A stretch of DNA of 64,000 bases from Lama glama. Taxonomy: Eukaryota. Within the stretch, counting starts at the first letter, position 1, and each line of letters begins with the position of its first letter. Below the pieces are notes generated by a model that ran no database searches, had not been told where the DNA came from, and saw nothing but the letters and a program-made list of their open reading frames with translations. The stretch lies in the NCBI GenBank assembly GCA_028534125.1, contig CM052816.1, forward strand, positions 94,056,001-94,120,000, written 5' to 3'. Both the position numbers and the translations under genes were made by a program. Below, in pieces: positions 24,871 to 37,719 of the stretch.

Positions 24871-25389
24871 TATAATGGGGAAGAACAAATCCGACTCCTC
24901 ATTAGATCTGTTCCTTTAGTTCTAACCCCTTGCTCTGTTTCCTGTGCTTAGTCATCCTGGTTCCACACCTTTTGTTAAAGAATGTTGTCTATAGCCTGAA
25001 ATATACAGGACAGCCCATTCTCAAGGCTCTGACCTTTAAGAGTATAAAAATTTTCCATTCATTTAGAGATAACAAGTTGCGGAACAGAGAATAACATTTG
25101 TCATGTTGGAGGTTTGCAGAAACATCATGACCTGACCTCCATGGACAGCTGAAAGAACAAGGGATTTCAACACCAAGAAGTTTGCAACAACTAACCACAC
25201 TCCCTCCCCTTTTAGTATAAAAAGAGCCTGAATTTTGACTTGGGTAAGTTTGTTCTTTGAGACATTAGTCTCCCATCTTTTCATTCTACTGGCTTTCCGA
25301 ATAAAGTCATTATTCCTTGCCCCGACACCTAGTCTCCCGATTAACTGGCCTGTCATGCAGCGAGCAGAATGAGTTTGGACTCAGTAACA
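24871..25389 (+). mobile_element. MER41/LTR39-related cetartiodactyl ERV1 solo LTR
   Basis: Starts TATAATGGGGAAGAACAAATCCGACTCC. TATA-like TATAAAA at about 25216, AATAAA at about 25300, ends TTTGGACTCAGTAACA. Flanks CAAT/CAAG are a 3/4 TSD. Confidence 0.8.
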
Positions 25390-25747
25390 CAAGTGTAGTT
25401 CTGTGTATTCTTTTTGCTAATTTACAGATGCTAGCATACTTACACACAATAGTCTGCACCCTGTTTCTCCACTGAAGAATCATCTTAGAGAGTTTTTTTT
25501 TTCATATACATACTGTCTCCATTGTCTAAAACGTTCCTTAATAGTTATACCATGATCTGTCACTGTTTGATTAGACATCTACTGATGGGCACAAAGAGTG
25601 TTTTTCATTCTGCTGCTATTACAAAAACTTGCTACAGTGGATTATTTTTCTACATATATCTTTGGACGTATCTATAGTAAAACTGAAATATAAATTCCTT
25701 AAATACGAATTACTGGATCAAATTGTTTATTCATAGTGCACAGATGC

Positions 25748-26297
25748 TGTGATATTTATCTGTTGCTGCATACCAAAATACCAAATGTAAACTTATGGGC
25801 TTAAAACCATGTAAATTTATTTTCTCACAGTTTCTATGGGACTGAAGTCCAGGCATGCCTTCAACGAGTACATATGAAACTACAGTTAATGTGTCAGCTG
25901 GACCTAGCATTGCATCTCAATGCTCAGCTGGAGAAGAATTCTCTTCAGTGATCGCTCAAGTTGTTGGCAGAATTCAGTGTCTTGCACCTTACAGCAGAGG
26001 ACCTCATTTTCTAGCAAACTGTTGGCTGACAGCTACTTTCAGCCTCTGGAGATCAACCTCTGCTGTCTGCAGTGTAGGCTCCCCAGCATGTCCACTTGTA
26101 TCATCAAAGCCAGCAAGCCAGAGAATCCCTCAGCAAGACGGGCATTACTCTTATATACTGAAATGGTACCCATGTAATCATGTATATCTTGTTCCCTTTG
26201 CTGTATTCTTTTGGTTAGAAGGAAGTTACAGGTCACAGACTTACAAACTCCAAGCCAGCACCCCACTCTTATCTAACTACCATAAGTGTCTGCTGCA
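25748..26297 (-). mobile_element. MaLR LTR (MLT1E/F-like)
   Basis: TCTGTTGCTGCATA..GGCTTAAAAC..TTTATTTTCTCACAGTTTCT and GTTGTTGGCAGAATTCAGT..GTTAGAAGGAAGTTACAGGTC. Confidence 0.85.
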
Positions 26298-27185
26298 ATG
26301 AACATCATTTCAAGTACCCCCTGCGCAGTATACCTCACACTTTGGAGCAAAACATGAACAACCCAGAACCTTTTTTTTTTTCCCAGATAGAAGGGAAAAG
26401 TGTATCCTATTGTTATATCTTCTAGATAGATCATTTCTTTTTTGATCTATTTTAAATCATTAAAAATTTTTATTTTCTTCATTATTTTTTCCAATGTCTT
26501 TGTTATGCTTTTGGTCATATCTAATTTCCCTTTGACTGTACTTTAGTCCAAAATAATATTTTTTCTATTTCTTTAAATTTGTCTCCAATTATTAAAAATT
26601 TTTCTTTAATTATTTTCTTTAATTCTCATTTAATGTCTTCCTAATTTTTTGTTTGTTTTCATTCTGCTAATTTATTTTCTGAGTTTTCTAAACATTTCTG
26701 AATAAGAAGTTGCATCATGTCTGTAATTTCTTAATTAAGGATATTTAGTTCTGGTTCAGAGGGTATGTTAAAGTTTTTTTTCATCTTTGTGGTTGGTATT
26801 GGTGGAGACGTTTTATGATCAGTGATATATGATATATATATATATGGGTGAGATATGTTTTAATTCTCATATCCTGTTTTCTTCTTGTAGATGTCATTTG
26901 CTATTTTCCATTTTGCTTTGCAATATATACCCAATAAACTGGCTGTATATAGATAAGGTGAAGGTGGAAGGAAGCGTTATTTTCAAGCCACAGGACCACT
27001 GACAGTATCCATTGGTCCTTGGTTTGAAATTATTGAAAAAGTTTATGTGATACAGTATGTTTCAGATATCATTTTATTTAACTGAAAAAGAGGCAGAGCA
27101 GAAAAAAGAGTGCAGACTCAAACAGTAGTTTCATCAGAAGCTCATGAAAAATATTAGGTGGAAAATCTAGACCTCACCTCCCCCT

Positions 27186-27204
27186 TAACCACCAGAGGGA
27201 GAAT
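27186..27204 (+). promoter_or_regulatory. Candidate CTCF motif
   Basis: TAACCACCAGAGGGAGAAT versus consensus TGGCCACCAGGGGGCGCTA. The core CCACCAGAGGG is intact and lies in apparently unique sequence. Confidence 0.35.
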
Positions 27205-27854
27205 TCTTGATCACAAAAGTTGGTTCAGCCTCATAATGCAGCAACCAATGGGTTCATTAAGGCTCACAGTTAGCAGTTCTTATACCTAGACACCGTGTTC
27301 TTGAATCCTCATGAACCAGTTAGCATAACTCAGCTTTCTTTACTAAATAACATTCAATAGGCACTATTGCAAATAGGAAAACCTAGAGTCATGTATGTGT
27401 TGGTACAGGTTTTAGGCAGCCAGCATTTTCCTAGAGAAACCTGCAATTCTAATCTAATTATGACTGTAGAGGTTTTGTGGGCTACAGTTAATTATTGAGA
27501 ATGCAAAGTGATTGAATATTATTTCAAAGTATTATCATACAACTCCTCTATTCCTCTATTTTATTGCAACTTTTAAAAATGCATGTACATCCCACCTAAA
27601 ATTTAAACTAATTTTTAGCAAAAAATAAACTTATTCTCAAATATGAATGGCCATAAATCTGTCACATTGTGATAACCTTAGATAAGTAACGCTTTCCTTG
27701 ATATTTTCTGTAATCTTCAAGAGTCTGACTAGATTATTTTAACTTTGCCTCCAGAATTTTAGTTAAACTACTGTTCAGTATTTGCCTATGGTCAGAGAAG
27801 TCATATTACAAACATCTAACACAGTCCATTTACCTCTAGAAAAGGCAATTCCTT

Positions 27855-27972
27855 TGTCACTAAACTCTGTGAAGGCTAGGGATTTCATCTCTTGTGTTTA
27901 TTATTGAATCCTGATTTTCCCAGACGGGTGACGGAGGCATAGAATTTGCTCACTGAATATTTTTTTAAATGC
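27855..27972 (+). mobile_element. L2 3' end
   Basis: TAAACTCTGTGAAGGCTAGGGATTTCATCT..GGCATAG..GCTCACTGAATATTT. Confidence 0.65.
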
Positions 27973-29619
27973 TAAATTTGGATCTAATCCCAGGATACAG
28001 AGTCAAAATTGACATTTCTATTCTATTGAAAAGACAAGACTCTGGATCTTACCTACATCAATATACAACATGCAAGTTGGCTTAATAATTATGTTAACTT
28101 TATAACAGTCTTAGAGGAGCACCCTAAGGAAGTTTAACAACACAGCTGCAATTAGCACTGGAGAGAAACTGAGGGGAAGTTTAACTAATTTAACTAGGTA
28201 AGAATCTAGCCAATCTCTCCACTACCAATTAGGCCACCAAACTAGAAAGAATAGGTTAATAGAGTTGTAACTATAGACTTGAACTGATGCAGGAAGTTGC
28301 ACCTATAAAATTATATTTCTAGTACCTAAAAATACAATAAATAGGAACATACAATCCAAGTTACAAAGGACCTGAGAAAGTCAATGGAGAAAAAAAAATC
28401 TAAAATGCTATCTCAGGTGACACTCCTGAGGGTCCTGTAGATTAAAAATCAAAACCCTTCCAGCTAAAAACTATACTGAAAGTAAAATGAAATTCTGTGG
28501 CCTCAGTGGTATCAGGGGGCTGCCCAAAATGTCATAGGAGCAAGGTATCTGTTATGGAATTGTCCCCAGGGGGTGAGAAATAATATCTCCAATCAAGCAT
28601 ACCACATACTGTGATCTTTGTTAGGGTTTCGGATGACTCGCACTTAGTGACACAAATCAGTTAGATACTTTTAACAGCCAAGAAAAGTGCTAGTTCCTGA
28701 GAACAGAGATCGCAGCCAAGAAATTCATCCTTCTTCCAGAACAAGTCGAAACACTTTCACACACAGGATCTCAATCTCGAAATGCCCTTTCGTGAATTGC
28801 CAAGTGTAAGGCGGTAGCTTTGGCTATCCTGAGTAAGCTTCACGTGCAGAAGGAAGCCATGACAAGCTCTTGCTAAGCTTCTAGACGAAAGGAGTATGAG
28901 TTACAAGATGTGAAATTTAATAGTAAGCACAATTATTCTGCTATAATTTAAGGGGGTGCTGATCATTATTAAAGATTGAAAAAGAAATTGTTTCTAATCA
29001 CTCGATCTATAGTTTATGTCAGTTCAGTGGGTAAACTAATTAGGTAATCCAAAATGAGGAAGTAAAAATCCATAATATGTATCTGATTTTATTTTGGGTA
29101 GTTTGCCATTGTGTATTTCTCGAAATGTTTTTTCCTTAGGAAACATTCAAGCCGTGTAAAGTTACATGTCTTTTATGGGTACGGAAAACAGAGTAGGGGG
29201 GCAGCTCATTTCAGGAACATTTCCAAGATGTCCGCTTACCCCACAATCCTTTTTTGTCTGTTGTATCTTCTCCCATAATTTTGCCCAGCTGTGAGCTTAA
29301 AATCACCTTGCTGCTGGGTGCCACGTGAATCGGAGAGAACACAGTGCCCTGGGTGAACGCTACTACTGACACAAGTCTTGGCAAAGGCGCTGATGTAGCG
29401 GTCCCGGGGGAGTTATTCCAGCATCCCTTTCTTGCCTTGGTGATAACTGCATCCAAAATTCATGGGTCATTGGGGTTTACAGGAAGGATAGAAAACACTA
29501 AAGGAAGAAAAGTGTAAGACTGTATGCTAAAATTACAAGATATGGAGAGAAGTGATGCGGGGGTAGCAAGCAGGAGAAGCCACCTGCCATATGGGTCAAG
29601 GGGACAATGTTCCGGAGTC

Positions 29620-29840
29620 AGAGAGCCCAGGACTGGAACCACATTCTGGTGCTTCCTGGCTATGTCTTAAGCAATTTACCTATTGCAACGAAACTCAGAT
29701 TATTCATCTATAAATGGAGAATTTTAATAGCATCAAAATCATGATGATCATAGAGTGGTTGTGAGGGTAAAACATTGAAGTTGCTTATAGCAAAATCTGG
29801 CACATACGTGGTGATCAGTAAATCTTGGTGACTATTAATT
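29620..29840 (+). mobile_element. MIR SINE
   Basis: GGAGTCAGAGAGCCCAG..CTCAGATTATTCATCTATAAATGG..GGTTGTGAGG..CTGGCACATA..CAGTAAAT. Confidence 0.75.
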
Positions 29841-30569
29841 ATAATTAAGAAGGCTCAAGGGAAACTTTCTCAAGTCTGTCATCTCTGCAGCAGTACCTCC
29901 TTCAACCCTCCACACTGCCATCTGCCTCTCATTTTGAGTGTATTTCACCTCATGCACCTCATTGCTCTTATCCGATGACCTCATTAGACGAGTGACTTCT
30001 CCACACTCTGATTTTTCAATCTAGACCAACTCTCCTGTGCAGTTGTACCAGGTCGGTGGAGGCATTTAGCTCTGTGAATCCAGCACAGGTTTGGACAAGT
30101 CTGGTATCTGCTTAAGGTCTGCTGTTGGAGTGATAAACCTTTTCCTTGCTTCAGTTTCCACAAAACTGGTGGAGTTGGTGCTTCAGATTGGCACACAGGT
30201 TGGTGATCCCTATCCTCACCTTGCCTGCCGCTCTTTGCTTTGAAATCTGCTCCCTCCTCCCCAGACGATGGGCTCATTATTCAAATATATTTCTCTTGTT
30301 GGCAATTTTCAGAGAAAATCAGGCTGGAAATTGCTATTTGGAAGGGGCTTACTCATTTCTTAGAGAAATGTCTTCTCCCCCCACCAGGATCGGCTAGGCT
30401 GTACGTGGAAACAGAGGGAAGTTAAGGGGACTGTGTGCCCTCTCCACCAGCATCCAACAATTTTCTAGGTAGCAAAGGAAGGGGTAAAAAAGGTAAATGT
30501 ATCTAACATCTTTAAATAAAATGTAAATGAGAATATGCTTATAATAATCCAGTAAATTATGTAATATTT

Positions 30570-30720
30570 TTTAGATTTATTTCCTTTTGTGACCCCATCA
30601 TCCTCTTTCAACAGCCCCCTGAGGAAAGTAGGGTTTCATCATCCTTATTTTACTCAAAAGAAAAATAAGCCATGGAGGGTCAAGTGACTTTTCCAAAGTT
30701 ACAAATACTCAACCCTGGCA
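30570..30720 (-). mobile_element. MIR fragment
   Basis: CAACAGCCCCCTGAGG..CATCCTTATTTTAC..GGTCAAGTGACTTTTCCAAAGTTACA. Confidence 0.7.
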
Positions 30721-30958
30721 GTAATTGTTTGGCCATATATGTAAGTATTTTTTATACTTTAAAGGTATTAACCTAATTACTAATAAATTATTTATATATA
30801 TGCCATTTTATATTATGAATATAAAACCTGATAATAATATATCAACATGAGCATCAAATAGTATCAATTTTTGGTTCTCTATCATCATAATTAAAACATT
30901 AGTATATATTATTTCTTCATGGTAATTTTTTGTGGAATTTAACTGTTATTCCTATGTA

Positions 30959-31037
30959 TTATGCTGAACCATGTGAAATTGTCATTTGTGACCATTCTTA
31001 ACTTACGTAAATAGTGATTTATTATGATTCAAAGTAA
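30959..31037. mobile_element. MADE2-like Mariner MITE (about 80-bp imperfect palindrome)
   Basis: TTATGCTGAACCATGTGAAATTGTC...GTGATTTATTATGATTCAAAGTAA, versus recalled MADE2 TAGGTTGAACCATATGAAATTGCC...GGCAATTTCATATGGTTCAACCTA. Confidence 0.75.
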
Positions 31038-32085
31038 CATGTAATATCACAATTATATGGAGTATCCAAAAACTGGACATGTTAGTCTAAAAGATCCCAT
31101 TTAGATGAGGCTGCCAGGAAGAGAAGACTGACAAAGAGACCGTCTTTCCTCTTCTCACCTGTCTCCTTCCCCTCCCCACCCTAACCCTGCATATTGTATA
31201 TAGATCCCTCAATGTACAGTTATTAAAGACCAAAATCTATCTTATTATAAAATAGTCACCCAAGAAGAATAGTTAGGCCCATTATATGCTAATTTGGTTT
31301 TTTTTTGAAAATGAAAAATACCTTTGGCCTCTTACGAAATTCCACAAAACATGGTTTCCAGACTGATATGTCAGTTTCTTCAAGGAAACAATCAAATGTT
31401 AAAATTGGAAAAGCGTTCTCAGTAGCTTTGTATAGAGTTCAGCAAGTCAAAGCGATTTTTATGAATTATTTTCAAGCCAAAAAAAAATGGCAGGGAGGTA
31501 TTCATAATAGGCGACATGATGACCACACTGGGTTTGGATACAGGCAAACACTAGGAAAAACCAAGGGTCTAGGGGTCTTGTCAGCTGTGCAGACTCAAAG
31601 GACGTGCAGACTCACACTAGAAAGTACATGAGACTCATTGTGAAAGAGGAGAATATAAGAAACTTGACTTCAAAATGTCTCTGGAAAATATAAGCTCCAA
31701 AAACATGAAGTTTGTTCCCTTGCTGTTGTGTAAATACTGGGTGCAGAAAACAAGTGCCATGTAGTTGAAGAGCTTAGCGAGGAGAGGGGAGGTTGGTAAC
31801 TGAGACAATTACCGAAAATGACAGAGTGAATCCACGAAAGCAGCAAAAAAGAATGATTTTCATTAGACTTCCCGTTTCTCCCAGTTTTTAATTCCATGAA
31901 TGCTGTTTGCAGACAGTCCTCAACTTGCTAAACTACCTCTATCTAGAAAATAGATAGATGGTCTCAATCCCAGATGGAGAGCCCACATTTCTCTGCTGGG
32001 ACAACAGCCCAAGTTGATCCTGGGGCGAGGAGACTGAGGAAATGTACAAAGGGCTAAAAAGCAGAAACAGGAGCACAGGTGGCAA

Positions 32086-32694
32086 TACTGGAATTCACTG
32101 AATTTAAGATGCCATATATTTTACCCAGCGCTGTTACATGGTGCAGCATTAAGAAGAAAAAAATAGGTGACACCTATGACATAGTGTTTCCTAATCGTTT
32201 CAATTTTTAATTTTGTTCTTATCAAATGTGCTCTTTCAGAATTATTTAAAGTTTTTAAATCATTTATCTCTTTCATTCACAGATAAAAATTAAAATACAA
32301 GCAAAATGAATTCGACATTGCTCCCCCCAAAAGAGATTGTTTGGTCAATTGATGATACTCTTCTTAAATAGTTGTTATCACTCAAAAATGTGTCTACTGC
32401 CCTATTTCTGTGCTGCTTTCTATACATATTAACTTCTCTTTGGTACCAACTCACAGTGTAAATGTTTGAATATATTCTAAACAGCAATTAAACTTACTAC
32501 ATGGAGTTTAACCACAACTGAAGAGATGACATGAGCAGCTAGAACCAAGTTTATTATTACACATCAGCAGTGACCACCATGACATAACAGCTGCCTCGTA
32601 ACAGCAGCGACTACCCTCAGCCATGAAAGAAAATCCCCAGAACATGAATGTTAAAACGTAGGAGGAATCATCTCAGAATAGATGAAAAATAGGA
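32086..32694. mobile_element. Tigger13a-like TcMar DNA transposon
   Basis: Degenerate terminal inverted repeats TACTGGAATTCACTGAATTTAAGATG and CATCTCAGAATAGATGAAAAATAGG. Internal CAGCAGTGACCACCATG..ACAGCTGCC resembles Tigger13a. Confidence 0.7.
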
Positions 32695-32849
32695 GTGACA
32701 ATGATAACCTTAAACTCTACGCGTTAGAACATTGAATAGCTCAGGAGCTCAGAGAGATCTTTTATTTTCACAATTGTAACAAACTACTATTTTTTACATC
32801 CTGTTGTGTGTGAAAAAGCTCATTTTCACTACACCCAACAAAGTAGCTG

Positions 32850-33460
32850 AAATGACTAACAGTGTCAGAGAGTGGTGAGTACGTAGAGCAATAAGAACTC
32901 CCTACCATGTCTAGTTGGGTCGTAAAACAGCACCACTAAGTTTGAAATCGTTTCGGGGCTTCTGATAAAGTGAAACATACTCCTAGTCTATGACCTAGAA
33001 ATCCGACCCCCAAAAGCAATGAGTGTGTCTGTCTACACGAGGACTTGCTCATGAGCAAGAATCTCTCTCTACACAAGGACTCATACTCATGGCAGCAGGA
33101 CCATTATCAGCCCAAACTGGATGACTCAAACTTCCATCAGGAGGTACAGGGAATATTTATACAAAAAATAATTGTCCAAGCACAGACAAATCTAATAAAA
33201 AATGAAAGTCAGAATGTCAAAATAGCAATTATTTTCAGGGGTGTGTATGTATGTGTGTGTGTCTTGTATAGACTGGGAAAGTGGTAGGAATTCTAAAGTA
33301 ACCCTGGACAGGTTCTGTATCTTAATCTGGCTAGTTGTTAAATCTGTGTACATATACAAAATCACTGAGCTGTAGGCGTCATATTCGCATCCTGAATGTA
33401 TTTTATTGCATATATGTTTAAAAGTAATTTAAATTAATTTAATTTGAAAATATTAAAAAT
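32850..33460 (+). mobile_element. L1ME-type 3' fragment
   Basis: GTGGTGAGTACGTAGAGCAA..GAACTC..CTATGACCTAGAAAT..GTTCTGTATCTTAATCTGG..AAAATCACTGAGCTGTA. Confidence 0.75.
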
Positions 33461-34289
33461 AATTTACTCAAGTTGTCTGAAATGTCTATTTCATGACTCA
33501 ATTCAACACACTTTACTTTGTTACAGTTCCTAGATACATTCAAGTCATGTACTGTCAACAGTGACTCTCCAAATATACGTAGGATGGTGTAAGTCACATA
33601 CTCCTTGGTGGACATGCGTTAAACTGCCCTGCCTTCCCCCAGAAGCAAGTTGAGATCAACAAATTAGCTATTGTTCTAGGGTCAAGGTACAGGAAAATAC
33701 ATTTTAAGCGTGGAACTGGATGTAGTCTTTGGGGTATTGGAAGGGAAAAAACAGACTACCAGAAAAGACCACAGAAATACATTTAGGATGCTGTCCGTCT
33801 ACAATATACGTTACTAGCACTAACAATAGAAAAAGTCAGAGATTTTTCTACTTCATATTATTCACTTTTGAGAACTTCAGTCTAGTAATGTGAATACACT
33901 GGTTTAGCTGTATTATTACCAAAGTAGCCCTTGAGGGCTGCCATGAAAACATAAGCAGGACATAAAATATGGACAATTTAATTAACTGGAATTTACGGGA
34001 AATTTGCTATGAATTGTACTCTTTCCTCCCCAAACAGCACCTTACACTGACCTTTATAAAAACGCCATGCAAATTAGCAACAACTTATACCAACCCTACT
34101 TAAATTTAGTTATTCAGGATTGTTATGTTGTTGAAAACGAAACTGTGTCCGCATGTATCATGCTAGTAGCATTTCTGCTTGGATGAAAAGTGCGATGTTT
34201 GCAGGTCTGAATTTCAAGTTGCTTTCCTTGGAGAAACAGAGACTCGCTTTCTTCTCAGGCTGATGTGGAAAAGGTAAAACCTATCTAGA

Positions 34290-34730
34290 GGGTAATCAGG
34301 GGACGTATCAAATTTTGAAAAGTGCAGACACTTCAATTCCATATCACATTCAGAATATTTTCCTAAGGGCAAGTACTTTTAATGATAGGGGATGCAACAT
34401 AATTTAAAAGTGAAAAATTAAGAACAGCCTAAGCATTCAAGATCTGGAGCTCATTAGGAATTTAGTGCTTCCATTCAATGGAATATTTAGTAGCCATGGA
34501 AATGAAAGGATAGATATATTTGTGTTTACAGTGAAGATTTCTGCTTAGTAAGGAAGGCAATTTAAAAGGCTACAGAATATACAGAATGACATCATATGTG
34601 TTATGCACATAATTAGCAAAGTCAGAGGGTTGTTTATCAAATGACTGCACTTATTTCAGGAAGATAAACAACAGAAAAACTTCCAGTGCATTGTAAAATT
34701 TTTACATTAGGCAAAAATTGTACATTGTTA
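34290..34730 (+). mobile_element. Very old L1ME fragment
   Basis: TATCAAATTTTGAAAAGTGCA, CCATTCAATGGAATATTTAGTAGCCAT and TACAGAAT..TACAGAATGA. Confidence 0.55.
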
Positions 34731-37719
34731 ACAAATACACAGATCACAATTCTGTTTTCAAAACTGAAACAGCATGAATTAAAACTTAAAAATCATATTC
34801 TGGTCCAGTTGTAAAAATCATATCTCATCAATAGTTCCCAACTTACCACTTAATAAATTAGTAATGAAAACCTCCTGCCATGCTGTTTTCTAATTTTCTC
34901 ATGAAAAGATCTAATTTCCTCTTAAATGATGGAGCAACATTTAAAGCATCTTTGAAAAAGGTATTAACTGTGTATTAATTACACCTTATATAATTCTATT
35001 TCTCAAAGAATTCTATATCAATTAGTAACCACGCAGGGAAGATCAATGAAGATGGAAAGTGATTTTACAATTGGCCACGTTAATTAAGGAATTAATAACT
35101 TTATAATAGAGGTGACCATTGCTCTTTCTCTTGAGTACATATTTCAAATCACCACATAAAGCACTTATTTAAGGATTATTTATTCTATTTTCTGACACCC
35201 ATCTAGGATATTTATTGTGTTCCAAATATTTATTCTCTATTTATCTGTTTATATTGTAATGCTATAAATTGCAATTAAAGATACCAGCTTTCTGCCTGAA
35301 ATTGAACAAGGTAGTGTATTTATATGTCCAATATTAAGAAGAAGAAAAAAAATCACCCACACACTGAAGGGAGAGGTTCTCGATGCTGTTACTCATTGCT
35401 CATTTTGTCAGCACGCAGTAAGACCCCAACTGCTAGTGTTAACCATTCAGATTTAGACGCCACAGCCTCTGACCTCAATGGGACTCAGCCTTGCAGGAAG
35501 CCAAGCAATTATCACCTGTAGCAAAGCATCCTCTAATGGTGAAGAGCGGAGGGCGGTGGAACTCTTGGGAAGTCCTTGGAGATGGCTCGGGTTAGATGAA
35601 TAAGAAAGAGTCAAAGAAATAATTGACTAAGGACATTCAAACTGCTTAAAATACAACCTTATTCATAATCATTATCATTCAAACAAAAATGAGGCCTCAT
35701 TCTGTCTATAAAATCTTAAAAAAAAAAAAACTATCTAAAGTAGACATTAGTGCATGCATAGTCATACAAAGGAAGGTCATCATTTTCAGAGCAGGGATTA
35801 AACTAAAACTATATCCGTTTGACCACATCAGCAAACCAGAAAAGATCAAGAGGGAACTTGGAATGATTGCAGCAAGGTAGACATGAGAGGCGGTAAAGGA
35901 ACAAACCCATGGCGGGGGGATCTACACTCAGACACAGTGAACTGGTCTGAAAGTCCTCCTCTTTTTGTTTTATTTGGGGCGGCAGGGGCAACAATCCCAC
36001 TGAATCTTCTTTGAAATTGCCTCAGGAACTAAGATTTTTTTTGAGACTGTTGTCAGACAGGACGGAAGCTTTAAGGAGCCATGGAAAGCAATTGTGGCTA
36101 ACGACTGCAGAATGAAATAAATTCAGTACTTGTCTTCTAATTTCACCCTTTCTGTTTGGTTAATTCTTATCGAAATATTCTTATGCATATGAGAAAACAA
36201 CGTAGTGTTTGTTGTAATTCTAAGAAGGAATGATTTTTGCTAAAAATGAAGAAAGAGGCTGAAGTCAAAAGAGGTATGAATAGAGACTGAAGTGAGAAGG
36301 CGGGCACTTGTAATGAATGTGGACCTTGGTCACATGAAAAGTCATGTGAAAGCACAGCCCAGAAATTATTTAGAAGGACATCCTAAATCCCAGTGTTGGA
36401 ATGTGAGACCTAATTTAATAGAAATAAAACATAAGCCAAGATTGAACTCATCACGGTAGATTCTATGATACTCTATTGACAATAATGTACAGAAAAGGAA
36501 AATCTAAAAACACATCAGATTTCTGCAATTCATCACATGCTTTGAAGTCTCACAAACATACAAAATAGCTTCTAAATTTGTATTTCCTGCTTGGAAACAG
36601 CAGTTCTCACTGGGCCCTTCAGTCAAAGCCCAGTGGGGTGCTCGGTTAAATACGGTCATTTTCAAACATCAAAATGTTGTGTTAAATCAATTTAACTTCT
36701 CTCTTAATACCGCATGATGCAAACCATTTGTCTTTGCTTCAGTCTAAACCACAGACCTTGCTGCTTAAGTGCATCTTCCCTCTACAATTCACTCAACTCC
36801 TTTAAACGTTCACTCCTCTAGGGAGTTAAGAGGGTTGCCCAGTTCCATAATTTGTACTTAAATTGGGGGAGCAGTGACAATAGCTATAAACCATCTCCCT
36901 TAACATCTAAAATCTGTTGACTGGTGAAGGTGTGGTAATGAAGATGCATTGGTGTGAATGGGTGCCATGGAAAGAATTAAACTGTTTTTCACAGATGTGT
37001 ATTTTCATTCTCTGAGTGATCTAAGTTCTCCCAGAGATATTCCAGCGTTATGGCCCCCATAAAAAAAGGGATGAAGGTTACTAGTTATAGAAGAAAGAAC
37101 GTATGATTTAGGGGAAGTTCCAGACATCGAGGAACAAGAAACAGCTGAATTTTCTTTGTTTCCTAGAGGACAGGGGAAGAGAAGAGAAAAGAGAAGGGAG
37201 GTGGACCACCATGTGTTCTGACTTTCCTCTTTGGGATGAAAATAAACGACATCTTGGGGCAGCTGACAGCACAATTGTCCCTGCTCTTTCTCTCTGCACA
37301 CAAGCTCACTGCATCCCAGGGAAAGGTGACGTGGTGTTGGGGTTAGGCAGCAAGAGGACCTGATTCAGCACATCGGAACCCTCTCATGCCAGGGAACGGA
37401 AGCTGTCTCTTGCATAGGATACAGAAGGCGCTAATGGGCGAGTTCCCATGCTCGCTGTGTATTCATGAGAGTCTGCAGCACCAGTAACAGGGAGAGGGGC
37501 CAGGTCAGCAAGGAAGAAGGACCCAGCCTCAAGGAAAAGAACCCACGGTGGACCCAGCTCTCAGAGAACACACCTGAACAGCTACCTGAGTCCATGACCT
37601 AAGCACCTGCCGTGGGACTGGGGCCATGGTCCCTTTCACCAGCAGTCGGGTGATCCACCTCAGATACCTCAACTCCGTCTTGGGAAAGAGGGATAAAAAC
37701 ACTGAATCACGGAGGCTTT

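Larger units (their letters stand above)
24695..26450 (-). mobile_element. L1ME-type 3' fragment hosting two LTR insertions
   Basis: CAGAAGGCAACCA..TTCCAGAGA, CTACTGATGGGCA..TGCTATTACAAA and AATTACTGGATCAAA are antisense L1ME 3' UTR motifs. They continue across the LTRs. Confidence 0.7.

Noticed and set aside
25855..26301. 148-aa ORF and overlapping ORFs
   Set aside because: They lie entirely within an MLT1 LTR, so these are chance open frames.
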